From positions 27-64,026 of the forward strand of contig JAITUT010000044.1 in assembly GCA_031286325.1 (NCBI GenBank): 64,000 nt of DNA. The letters are read 5' to 3'. The DNA is from Helicobacteraceae bacterium. GTDB lineage: Bacteria > Campylobacterota > Campylobacteria > Campylobacterales > SZUA-545. Of this stretch, positions 48,516 to 57,026 are shown in pieces (the first letter of the stretch is position 1; every line of letters starts with the position of its first letter). The position numbers were made by a program, and so were the translations under genes. The notes below the pieces were generated by a model. It ran no database searches. It saw only the letters and a program-made list of their open reading frames with translations, and had not been told where the DNA came from.

Positions 48516-48535
48516 AAACCGATCATTGTGGGCAG
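48516..48535. repeat. right copy of the direct repeat bracketing the R-M islet
   Basis: See 45413..45432. Confidence 0.8.
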
Positions 48536-48641
48536 GCGTTTTATGCAATTTCTTCAATTTGCGCTTTTCCCCCAATTTCTCTACTTTCGCTTTTTCTTCC
48601 ATTACCGCTATTAAATCGCTTTTCGCAAGCAATATCGGCGA

Positions 48642-49436
48642 TCAGTTAAACGACAAGATCAGCTGAGTCGCGATCGCGCCAATCATCTGCTCCCAATCAT
48701 CGTCCGTTACCGAAATTTTCTCCACTTTCGCGCCGATCTCGTTCGCGACCGCTTGCGCGCTCTTGTCGCTCTCGCCCGAGATCGCGAAGATCATCGTAAT
48801 TTTCTCTTTTTTCGCCGCTTCCACAGCCGCCGCTATATCCGCAGGTTTCGCCTCGCCGTTTTTGTCAATGGCGATCTGGCGCAATTTGTAATCCGCCGCG
48901 AAATATCCCAGCGCGGGGTGATTGACCATAAACGCTCTGCCATTGTATTGCGCGAGCATTGAAATCGCCTGCGAAAATGTGCGATCTACCGCTTGCAAAA
49001 GTTTCATTCCGTTTATTTGGTATGTGCCGGCGTTTTTGACGTCCGCCTCGCTGAGCGCTTTCATAGTCGCTTGAACCATAACGCGCGTTCCAGCTTTGGA
49101 GACCCAAATATGCGTATCGCCGCCCACTTTAGCAAAACCCTGATCCGTATAATAGACTTTCAAATTCGGCGCGGCGGAGGTTAGCTTGCCTATCCACGCT
49201 TTCTCAAACTCCAAACCGCACGCTAAATAGATGTGCGCCTTTGAGAGCTCCGCCATCTGCGCGGGCTTTGGCTCGTAGGAGTGCGCGTCCACTCCCGCGG
49301 GCACGATCACGATCACATCGGCGAGATCGCCCGCGATATTCTTGACCATCCATTGCTGCGACGCGATGCTCACCGCGACCGTTACTTTCGCAAGGGCGAG
49401 CGAAACGCTAAACAAGAGCAGAATTATCATACGCAT
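48642..49436 (-). CDS. metal (Zn/Mn-type) ABC transporter substrate-binding protein
   Basis: 264 aa with a signal peptide and the TroA/ZnuA-like blocks VDAHSYEPKP and HPALGYFA. No permease or ATPase gene is adjacent. Confidence 0.8.
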   Translation of the reverse strand: MRMIILLLFSVSLALAKVTVAVSIASQQWMVKNIAGDLADVIVIVPAGVDAHSYEPKPAQMAELSKAHIYLACGLEFEKAWIGKLTSAAPNLKVYYTDQGFAKVGGDTHIWVSKAGTRVMVQATMKALSEADVKNAGTYQINGMKLLQAVDRTFSQAISMLAQYNGRAFMVNHPALGYFAADYKLRQIAIDKNGEAKPADIAAAVEAAKKEKITMIFAISGESDKSAQAVANEIGAKVEKISVTDDDWEQMIGAIATQLILSFN

Positions 49437-49506
49437 AGTGGCTCCTTATCGCAAATTTACGCAATTATAGCGCAAAGTCTAAAGAATAATTGATAGAATT
49501 ACCGCT

Positions 49507-49845
49507 ATGGCAAATAACGATTACGATATAAGAGACGAACTTTTAGGCGAGGTCGGCGCGCGACCGATCTTGCGCGCCTCGCATTTCGGGGTTGCGGCGG
49601 CGATCGCGGCGTTCGCTTTCTATATATACTATTTGTTTTACGGCGGCGCTTCTTTGCTGACTTTAATGAGTATCCGCGAGGAGAAAGCCACGCTTGATTC
49701 GCGCGTGGAGGCGCTCAAAGCCGAGAACGCCGCGTTGCGCAGAGAACTCTTTGAGCTTCGTTTAATCGGCGGCGAAAACTTTGGCAAGCGATCAGGCGGC
49801 TCGGTTGAAAAACGCGCCGAACCGAAGCAAAAGGACGCGGAGTGA
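49507..49845 (+). CDS. FtsB/DivIC-like septum formation initiator
   Basis: 112 aa with one TM segment followed by a leucine-zipper-like coiled coil (LDSRVEALKAENAALRRELFELR). Confidence 0.6.
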   Translation: MANNDYDIRDELLGEVGARPILRASHFGVAAAIAAFAFYIYYLFYGGASLLTLMSIREEKATLDSRVEALKAENAALRRELFELRLIGGENFGKRSGGSVEKRAEPKQKDAE

Positions 49846-50480
49846 AAAAATTGATGTTTTTTTCGCTCGCGATATTTGCCATCTCGGCTATCTTCGCCGC
49901 GAGTCTTTTCGCCCGCCAAAATCCCTTTGAACTGCCCGAAGATATGAGCGATCGCAACTCTACGATCGCGCTTTTGCCGCAACAACTTGAAGAGGAAAAA
50001 ATTGAGTTGCCTCTTACGTCTAGGATTTTGCGCGGCATTAGCGTTACGCACCAAGAGGATGACGGCACGATCGCCACGATCAACCGCAGAGTAGATCGCC
50101 TCGTTGATCCGCGAGCGTTGCTCCGCGTAGATCAGCCGAACGCAGAAAAATTGCCGCGCAAAAGCGGCGTATTTTTGCCCGTTGAGCCGCTCGAAAACAT
50201 TGAGCGCGTTAAATTTTTTACCGCCGGCGATGTGATGAAAATCCGCACAAAAGACGTTTTAGAACGTAGCTTTTTCTTGCCGCGACCCGGAAGAATCACG
50301 CTTGATTTCAACAGCAGCGTGCCTTTGAAACCGCAATCTACGCCGCTTATCGGCGGATTTTTCACGGCGATTGACATTACGTTTCACGACTCGTTTTACC
50401 GCGTGGTCGTTACGCTTGACGCCTATTACCCATACACGATCGAGCGCGTCTCGGACGGCTACTTGCTTGGACTTAATTAA
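49842..50480 (+). CDS. secreted protein with a C-terminal AMIN-like domain
   Basis: 212 aa with a signal peptide. The C-terminal pattern RITLDF...FYRVVVTL resembles AMIN domains. A GTGA overlap joins it to the upstream gene. Confidence 0.5.
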   Translation: MKKLMFFSLAIFAISAIFAASLFARQNPFELPEDMSDRNSTIALLPQQLEEEKIELPLTSRILRGISVTHQEDDGTIATINRRVDRLVDPRALLRVDQPNAEKLPRKSGVFLPVEPLENIERVKFFTAGDVMKIRTKDVLERSFFLPRPGRITLDFNSSVPLKPQSTPLIGGFFTAIDITFHDSFYRVVVTLDAYYPYTIERVSDGYLLGLN

Positions 50481-50563
50481 AATTAATACGTTAAAATTGA
50501 TATAGATCAAAAAATTTTGCTATCATAGGGCTTTCCCAAAATTCGTTAAGAGAGGTGCGGCAA

Positions 50564-50785
50564 ATGGGCGAAGTCTCAGAGGAGAGGCGCGAGTTTCTCA
50601 AGCGCGCTAAAAGCGCGGCGATCGCGGTAGGCGCGGGCGCGGTCGTCATAGCGGCGACTACGCAGAGTTATGCGCGCGGCGAAACAAACGGCAAAGGCGG
50701 CGTGGCGGTCGGTAGATCGCGCAAAAGCGAAATACTTTATCGCAAAACCCAGCAGTGGGAGCAATTTTACAAATCCGCTATGTGA
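50564..50785 (+). CDS. small twin-arginine-signal protein of formate dehydrogenase loci
   Basis: It has the Tat motif ERREFLKRA and a C-terminal LYRKTQQWEQFY, close to the conserved Y-[HRK]-x-[TS]-x-H-[IV]-x-x-[YF]-Y tail I recall for this family. It lies immediately upstream of fdhA. Confidence 0.65.
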   Translation: MGEVSEERREFLKRAKSAAIAVGAGAVVIAATTQSYARGETNGKGGVAVGRSRKSEILYRKTQQWEQFYKSAM

Positions 50786-50796
50786 AAGGGATTGGA

Positions 50797-53595
50797 ATGA
50801 ACGCAAGAGAGAGCCGCTTAGGGCGGCGCAGTTTTTTAAAACTCGGCGCTCTCGCCGGGGCGATCGGCGCTACAAACGCGCTGGGAGCCAACGAGGCGAT
50901 CAGACCCGCGAGCGAAGCGGAGTTAAAAGAAGCGTATCCGGGCAGCTTAAAGATCAAAACGATCTGCACGCATTGCTCGGTAGGTTGCGGCGTAATCGCC
51001 GAAGTAAAAGACGGGGTTTGGTTGCGCCAAGAAGTAGCGCAAGATCACCCGATCAGCGCAGGCGGGCATTGCTGTAAGGGCGCGGATTTGATTGACAAAT
51101 ACCGCTCTACGAATCGTCTGAAATATCCTATGGAAAAAGTAGGCGGCAAGTGGAAAAAAGTAGAGTGGAACGCGGCTTTAGACAAAGTCGCGGGCAAACT
51201 CAAAGAGCTGCGAGAGGCGCACGGACCGGATTCCGTAATGTTTTTGGGAAGCGCGAAAGTTTCAAACGAGCAATCCTATTACATTCGCAAATTCGCGGCG
51301 TTTTTCGGCACGAACAACATAGATCACCAAGCAAGAATCTGACACAGCCCAACAGTCGCCGGTGTGGCGAACACATTAGGGTATGGCGGAATGACGAACC
51401 ATTTAGGGGATATGCAAGTTAGCAAAGCGATCCTCATAATGGGCGCGAATCCGGCTGTGAATCACCCTGTGGCTATGCAACATATCTTGAAAGCGAAAGA
51501 GAAAAACGGCGCGAAGATCATCGTGATTGATCCGCGCTATACTAAAACTGCGGCGAAGAGCGACATTTTCGTGCGGATTCGCACAGGAACCGACGTGCCG
51601 TTTTTATACGGAATGATTCGCCTCGCAATCAAAAACGGCTGGATGGACAAAGACTTTATTCGCGATCGCGTATATGGCTTTGACAACGTCGCGCAAGAGT
51701 GCGAGAAATGGACGCCTGAGTTAGTCTCCGATGTCTGCGGTTGCTCGGTTGAGGACTTTAACCAAGCGGTCAAAGCTTTCGCGGCGGCGAAACCCGGTTG
51801 CTTAATCTGGAACCAAGGCTGGACTCAACACACGATCGGCACCAGCAATACGCGGCTTGGACCTATTATGCAGATGGTATTCGGCAATATGGGTAAATCG
51901 GGCGGCGGCTGCAACATTCTGCGCGGGCACGACAATGTGCAGGGCGCTAGCGATATGTGTAACCTCTCAGACAGCCTGCCAGGTTATTACGGCTTGGCGG
52001 AGGGCATTTGGAAATACTTCGCGGGCGTTTGGGGGGTGGATTACGACTACCTCGTAGGACGTTTCAAATCCAAAGATATGATGGAGAAGACGGGCTTCGC
52101 GCTCTCAAACTTCTGGATGGGCGTATTAAATGACGAAAACGCGGAAAACAACGCGGGAACTCCGCTGAAAGCGCTTGTCGTGATCGGCAACGGCATTACA
52201 ACCGTTACGCAGACGCACAAAGTTAAAGAGGCGCTAGACAAGCTTGAGTTAGTCGTCTTTATTGACCCGTATGTGAATGACGCGGCGGTTATCACTGATC
52301 GCGGCGACAATTTGTTTTTGTTGCCGGCGACGAGCCAAGTAGAGACTTCGGGTAGCGTGGCGGCGACAAATCGCAGTTACCAGTGGCGATCGCAAGTCGT
52401 GAAACCGTTGTACGAGGCTAAACCCGATCAGGACATTCTCTTTGAACTCGCGAAACGGCTTGGCTTCTATAGCGAGCTCGTAAAATCGCTAGGCAAAGGC
52501 GGCGGCGATTATGTGTGGCCCGATGACGCCACTAAGGAGCTTTGCGGCGCGATCAGATCAATCGGTCTTGGCGGCGTAACCCCAGAAAGGCTCAAAGCGC
52601 AGCAGGAAAATTGGCACTTATTCAACCCCGTAACCCTCGCCGGCTTCGGCAAAATGCAGGGCGCTTATTACGGCTTGCCGTGGCCTTGCTGGAACGAAAA
52701 ACACCCCGGCACTCCCGTGATGTATGACGTTAGCAAACCCGTAATGCAAGGCGGCGGTATGGGATTCCGCGAGAATTGGGGCGTCGATAAAGACGGCGTA
52801 ACTCTGCTGGCGGGCAACACTCCCGTAGGATCAAGCGTCAAAGGCGGCTATCCGCGCATTACATTTGAAACGATCGAGAAACTCGGCGTCAAACTCACCG
52901 ACGAGGAACGCGAGAAAGTTAAAGGCAAAAACTTCGCGACCGATCGCTCGGGAATTTTGGTAAACAAAGCATTGGAAGCGGGACTTTGCCCATACGGCAA
53001 CGGCAGGGCGCGCGCTACCGTGTGGAACTTCACCGACATAATTCCGAAGCACCGCGAACCCTTGCACTCATTTAGGCAGGATTTGGTGGCGAAATTCCCA
53101 ACCTTTGACGACAAAAAGGGGCACTTCCGCGCCAATATCCGCTACAAGAGCGAGCAGGATAAACAAGAATGGGTTAAAGATTATCCCGTCAATGTCGTAA
53201 CTGGCCGCGTGGTAGAGCATATGGGTACCGGCACCGAGACGCGCGCCTCAAAATACCTCGCGGAACTTTCGCCCGAGATGTTCATTGAGATTCACCCCGA
53301 ACTCGCGGGCAAATTAGGCGTGAGAGACGGCGATATGGTTTGGGTTTACGGCACGGGCGAGGGCAAAATTAAAGTCAAGGCGGTTTATGGCTACACGCTT
53401 GACGTTGACTCAATTTTCTTGCCGCAGAACTTTTCGGGCGTGTGGAGCGGTAAGAGCCTAAAAGATCGCTATCCCGACGATACCGCGCCGTACGCGCTGG
53501 GTGAAAACAGCGGGCAGGTTACGAGCTACGGCTACGATATTCAGACGACTTGCCCTGAAACGAAGTGCACGCTCGTGCGGATAGAGAAGGCTTAA
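50797..53595 (+). CDS. fdhA: formate dehydrogenase catalytic subunit, selenocysteine-containing (in-frame TGA at 51340..51342)
   Basis: Track ORFs 50755..51342 and 51364..53595 are in the same frame. The read-through junction HQARI-U-HSPTVAG matches the Sec motif of FdnG/FdhF-type enzymes. It has the Tat signal RLGRRSFLK and the N-terminal 4Fe-4S motif CTHCSVGC. ATG 50797 follows a GAAAGGG RBS. Confidence 0.9.
51343..51375 (+). promoter_or_regulatory. candidate SECIS hairpin
   Basis: TCGCC ggtgt GGCGA (51356-51370), starting 14 nt after the UGA. The loop contains GGUG. The stem is short, so this is tentative. Confidence 0.35.
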
Positions 53596-53618
53596 AGGCG
53601 CGAGCAAAGCCTGTAAAT

Positions 53619-53653
53619 CCCGTTGCGATTGCTGGTAATGGCGACGCAACGGG
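53619..53653. repeat. palindromic element CCCGTTGCG-N17-CGCAACGGG in the fdhA-fdhB gap
   Basis: The same 9-bp arms occur with a 5-nt loop at 15534-15556. A half-copy (aaatcccgttgc) lies after flgC at about 56100. Confidence 0.6.
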
Positions 53654-53917
53654 CGAAGATCGCGCTCGGCGCAACGCGGTAGTCGCTGAAAGCGGCGTTC
53701 TGCGAAAGCTAGCGCGGAGGCGATTTTCGGGATTTTTCAGAGACTTTAGGTCTTTAGTCGCAGCGGCGGTTTTCTACGCGATAATAGACGCTTTGCGTTC
53801 TATCGCTACCTACGCGATGACGGACACCTTGCGTCCTATCGCTGCGCCGCCGCGAGAAGTTAAATAAGCGCGCAAGGCAAAACCTTGTACGCGAAGTAAA
53901 CCAAAAAGGCTATCCAT

Positions 53918-54514
53918 ATGGGACGAATGAAGTTTTATTGCGATGAGAATCGCTGTATAAGTTGCAAGGGGTGCGTAGTGGCTTGTAAAGAAGCGCACGA
54001 AATCCCTGTTGGCGTTAATCGCCGCCGCGTGGTAAGGATCAAAGAGGGTGTAATAGGCGAGGAGATGAGCCTTAGCGTAGCGTGTATGCACTGCTCTGAC
54101 GCGCCTTGCCAGCAAATTTGCCCGACCGATTGCTTTTATATCCGCGAGGACGGCGTGGTTCTGCACGACAAGCGCAAGTGTATAGGTTGCTCCTATTGCC
54201 TCTTCGCTTGCCCGTTCGGCGCGCCGCAATTTCCGCGCAACGGCGCGTTCGGCACGAAGGGCAAGATGGACAAATGCACATTTTGCGCCGGCGGTCCTGA
54301 GGAGACATTATCGAAAGAAGAGTTTCACCTCTACGGGCAAAACCGAATGGCGGAGGGCAAGCCGCCGATGTGCGCCTCTATGTGCTCCACGAAAGCACTT
54401 TTGGCGGGCGATAGCGACGAGGTGAGCCAAATTTACCTCACAAGGCGGGTTTCGCGCGGCAAAGGCACGGATAATGTCCCGCCGATTTGGAGCCAAGCTT
54501 ATGGCGGCAAATAA
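53918..54514 (+). CDS. fdhB: formate dehydrogenase iron-sulfur subunit
   Basis: 198 aa with four ferredoxin-type Cys clusters (CISCKGCVVAC, CMHCSDAPC, CIGCSYCLFAC, CTFC). Confidence 0.9.
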   Translation: MGRMKFYCDENRCISCKGCVVACKEAHEIPVGVNRRRVVRIKEGVIGEEMSLSVACMHCSDAPCQQICPTDCFYIREDGVVLHDKRKCIGCSYCLFACPFGAPQFPRNGAFGTKGKMDKCTFCAGGPEETLSKEEFHLYGQNRMAEGKPPMCASMCSTKALLAGDSDEVSQIYLTRRVSRGKGTDNVPPIWSQAYGGK

Positions 54515-55463
54515 CGCGATCGAAACCTTTTTTAAGCGCAACCAAGCCTACTTCTGGACGGCTTTGGGCTTGGGCATAGGCGGATCGTTCTTTGTCTTCG
54601 TTCTGTTGATCGTGGATTGGAACTACTTTTTCCGCTACACGATCGCGCTTATCACAGAGGGCAACTATCAGGGCGTTTTAGACCCGCCCGCGAGTAATTT
54701 GGAGGTGATGAAAAACGCGGCGTTCGGACCCGTCTATGACGCTTTCGCCCCCGAAATCATACGCGGCAGTAACGAGCGGCAGCTTCTGATTTGGTATTTG
54801 TTCCTCTTTGAGGCGGCGATTTTCGCGCTGATGTATGTATTTTTCGGGCGCAAAAGCGCGGTGATCACGCGCCCGAACGACACCGTTGAGGTTTTCACCC
54901 CCTTTCAGCGGCTCGTGATTTGGAGCAATGTCGCGATCGTGGTGTTTTTGATCGTCAGCGGTTTTAACATTACTTGGGCGTTGCGCAGCGAAGGCGGAAT
55001 GATCCCGTATTACCTGCGCAGTTTCCACGAGATCGTGGGGTTGGCGTGGATTCCGCTCTGGCTTGTAACCTCAATAATGACTTTCAAAGACTGCCCGATC
55101 CTGCGCAAACATAGTGCTTTTCAGTTCTTTATGCCGGGTCGCTACAAGCCGTTTAGAAGGATCATTTGGTTTTTCTATGTAACGATGGGCGGCGGGCTGA
55201 TTTTGAGCGGCTTTTTCCTGTGGTTTTTGCACCCGAACGCTCTTACGAATGCCGAGCTAATCCAGCTCAAACGCACATTTATTTACTTTCACTTCGGCAC
55301 GAGCTTGCCGCTAATGTTCTTTTTGCTGGATTTCGCGCACTCCGTTACGACTGCGATTCGCGGTAATTTGGGCTACCTTTGGACGGGGCGCTTCCCAAGA
55401 GAGCATTTAGAGCAGCTTGATCCTGAAGTTTTAGAGGATTTGAAGCGCGTTGGGAGAGCGTAA
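54501..55463 (+). CDS. fdhC: formate dehydrogenase membrane (cytochrome b-type) subunit
   Basis: A polytopic membrane protein with conserved His in TM segments. ATG 54501 overlaps the fdhB end by 14 nt. Confidence 0.7.
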   Translation: MAANNAIETFFKRNQAYFWTALGLGIGGSFFVFVLLIVDWNYFFRYTIALITEGNYQGVLDPPASNLEVMKNAAFGPVYDAFAPEIIRGSNERQLLIWYLFLFEAAIFALMYVFFGRKSAVITRPNDTVEVFTPFQRLVIWSNVAIVVFLIVSGFNITWALRSEGGMIPYYLRSFHEIVGLAWIPLWLVTSIMTFKDCPILRKHSAFQFFMPGRYKPFRRIIWFFYVTMGGGLILSGFFLWFLHPNALTNAELIQLKRTFIYFHFGTSLPLMFFLLDFAHSVTTAIRGNLGYLWTGRFPREHLEQLDPEVLEDLKRVGRA

Positions 55464-55480
55464 TTTTTAGATCGCGGCGG

Positions 55481-55510
55481 GCTTTAAGTTTACGCTTAAA
55501 GCTTGTTCGC
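55481..55510 (+). terminator. possible terminator after fdhC
   Basis: Perfect 8-bp stem GCTTTAAG tttacg CTTAAAGC followed by ttgtt. Confidence 0.35.
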
Positions 55511-55539
55511 GATCTGATTTTTGCGATTTTGCCGATATT

Positions 55540-55558
55540 AAGGAACGAATTTTGCTTA
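55540..55558 (+). promoter_or_regulatory. sigma54 (RpoN)-type promoter upstream of flgC
   Basis: aaGGAACGAATTTTGCTTa has GG at 55542-43 and GC at 55554-55, matching the TTGGAAC-N4-TTTGCTT form used for Campylobacter/Helicobacter class 2 flagellar genes. Confidence 0.6.
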
Positions 55559-55594
55559 AATTTTTGTAAAATTTGGGCGAAAGAGGGTCTTAAA

Positions 55595-56092
55595 ATGGCG
55601 TTTATGAACTCGTTTGACATCAGCGGTTACGGGCTTTCGGCGCAGAGATTTCGCCTGAATTTGATCAGCACGAATATCGCGAACGCCAGCACAACACGCA
55701 CCGACGAGGGCGGGCCATACCGCCGCCAAAGCGTAGTCTTTCGCGCGGTGGATTTTGACAAGCATTTGAATCGGCAACTCGCCAAAAACACGAAACCGCT
55801 TGGTTACGAAGACCCTTTGGACGAGGAGTTGGGTTATGAGAAAAAGTTAAATCCCGCCGTGATGAGCGTGATTGTGGATAAAGTCGTGCGGGACGACACC
55901 ACGCCTAAAATGCGCTACGAGCCTACGCACCCCGACGCCGATAAAGACGGCTATGTCGCATACCCGAATGTGAATCCTGTGGTGGAAATGGCGGATATGA
56001 TCGAGGCGAGCCGCGCGTATCAGGCGAATGTGGCGGCGTTTCAGAGCGCGAAGACCATCGCGAATACCGCTTTGGAAATGATGAGATCGTAA
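55595..56092 (+). CDS. flgC: flagellar basal-body rod protein FlgC
   Basis: The start MAFMNSFDISGYGLSAQR follows an AGAGGG RBS. It has NIANASTTRT and C-terminal EMADMIEASRAYQANV. Confidence 0.9.
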   Translation: MAFMNSFDISGYGLSAQRFRLNLISTNIANASTTRTDEGGPYRRQSVVFRAVDFDKHLNRQLAKNTKPLGYEDPLDEELGYEKKLNPAVMSVIVDKVVRDDTTPKMRYEPTHPDADKDGYVAYPNVNPVVEMADMIEASRAYQANVAAFQSAKTIANTALEMMRS

Positions 56093-56195
56093 ACAGATAA
56101 ATCCCGTTGCCAGCGGCGGGCGAAATTAGCGAGACAAAGTTTTGATCAGAAACGCCGATCTTAAGTCGGCGTAAAAAGTAAAATAGGAGCATAAA

Positions 56196-56501
56196 GTGGC
56201 GGATTTATTAAATAAAATTGGCGAAATTCTTCCGAGAGAGCTAGGTCAAGCCCCGCAAAAAGTTTCGGAAAATCCGAGCGAATTTGATTTTGCCGAGATG
56301 TTGCGCAATAATTTGGACGAAACGAACTATTTGCAAGAAGAGGGCGAAAAGGCGGCGACCGACATCGCGACTGGAATGGTCAAAGACCTGCACCAAGCCG
56401 CGATCGCGCTCAACAAAGCCGAAGGCTCTATGAAACTAATGCTTGAAATGCGCAACAAAGCCGTGAGCGCGTATAAAGAGATCGTCAGAACACAAATGTA
56501 A
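56196..56501 (+). CDS. fliE: flagellar hook-basal body complex protein FliE
   Basis: 101 aa with a GTG start after an AGGAG RBS. The C-terminus is ...MRNKAVSAYKEIVRTQM. Confidence 0.85.
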   Translation: MADLLNKIGEILPRELGQAPQKVSENPSEFDFAEMLRNNLDETNYLQEEGEKAATDIATGMVKDLHQAAIALNKAEGSMKLMLEMRNKAVSAYKEIVRTQM

Positions 56502-56522
56502 TTCGCGGCGATTTCGCTTTTT

Positions 56523-57026
56523 TTGGATCGTTTCGCGCGGTATTTTTTTAATAGCAGCGCGTATAGGACGTATGTTTGCCAGCTTGCGGATACGCCGAGA
56601 TTTAAGCCGATTGAGGCGAGCGGGTTAATTAACAAATTAAGCCACGATGTAAAGCGCGGTTCGCCGTTTTCGCCCGAAGCGATAAAGCAACTAAAGGACG
56701 GGATAAAAGCGGCGAATGAAGCTGTGGAGAAGTTATCGCCGAACGCCGAAGCGAATGAGATTAAAGAGAGCATAGAAAAGGCGATTGACGAAGCCGCGCC
56801 GATGACAAAGTCGGCGATAAGCGATCAGCGCGAGAAAACAGGCGTTTGGAATGTAACTTTTAACGGCAAAAACGCTACTGAAATTAGGGCGGCGGACGCG
56901 GACGGAATTATTAGATACGAGAGAGGAGGCAGAAAAGGGGGCGCGATCCACATTGCGCAAAAACATATAGGCGAAGGTAAATATGGCGAACTCACAAAAC
57001 AAGAAATAACAAAATGGGAGAGATAA
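56523..57026 (+). CDS. N-terminal fragment of the polyvalent protein (frame-separated from the main ORF); contains the head of a nuclease-like module
   Basis: The frame is open from the fliE stop onward, and only a TTG start at 56523 is available. IHIAQKH lies at 56946-56966. The domain appears to continue in the next ORF (IIRNGDI...YRVVVFE...ITMY). Confidence 0.55.
   Translation: MDRFARYFFNSSAYRTYVCQLADTPRFKPIEASGLINKLSHDVKRGSPFSPEAIKQLKDGIKAANEAVEKLSPNAEANEIKESIEKAIDEAAPMTKSAISDQREKTGVWNVTFNGKNATEIRAADADGIIRYERGGRKGGAIHIAQKHIGEGKYGELTKQEITKWER

Noticed and set aside
50670-51422. ORFs 50670..51077 and 51150..51422 within the fdh region
   Set aside because: They are alternate frames of fdhA and the small Tat protein gene, and their products are Arg-rich nonsense-like sequences.
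53565-54229. ORFs 53565..53867 (+) and 53810..54229 (-)
   Set aside because: The first spans the repeat-containing fdhA-fdhB spacer and the second is antisense to fdhB. Neither has coding features.
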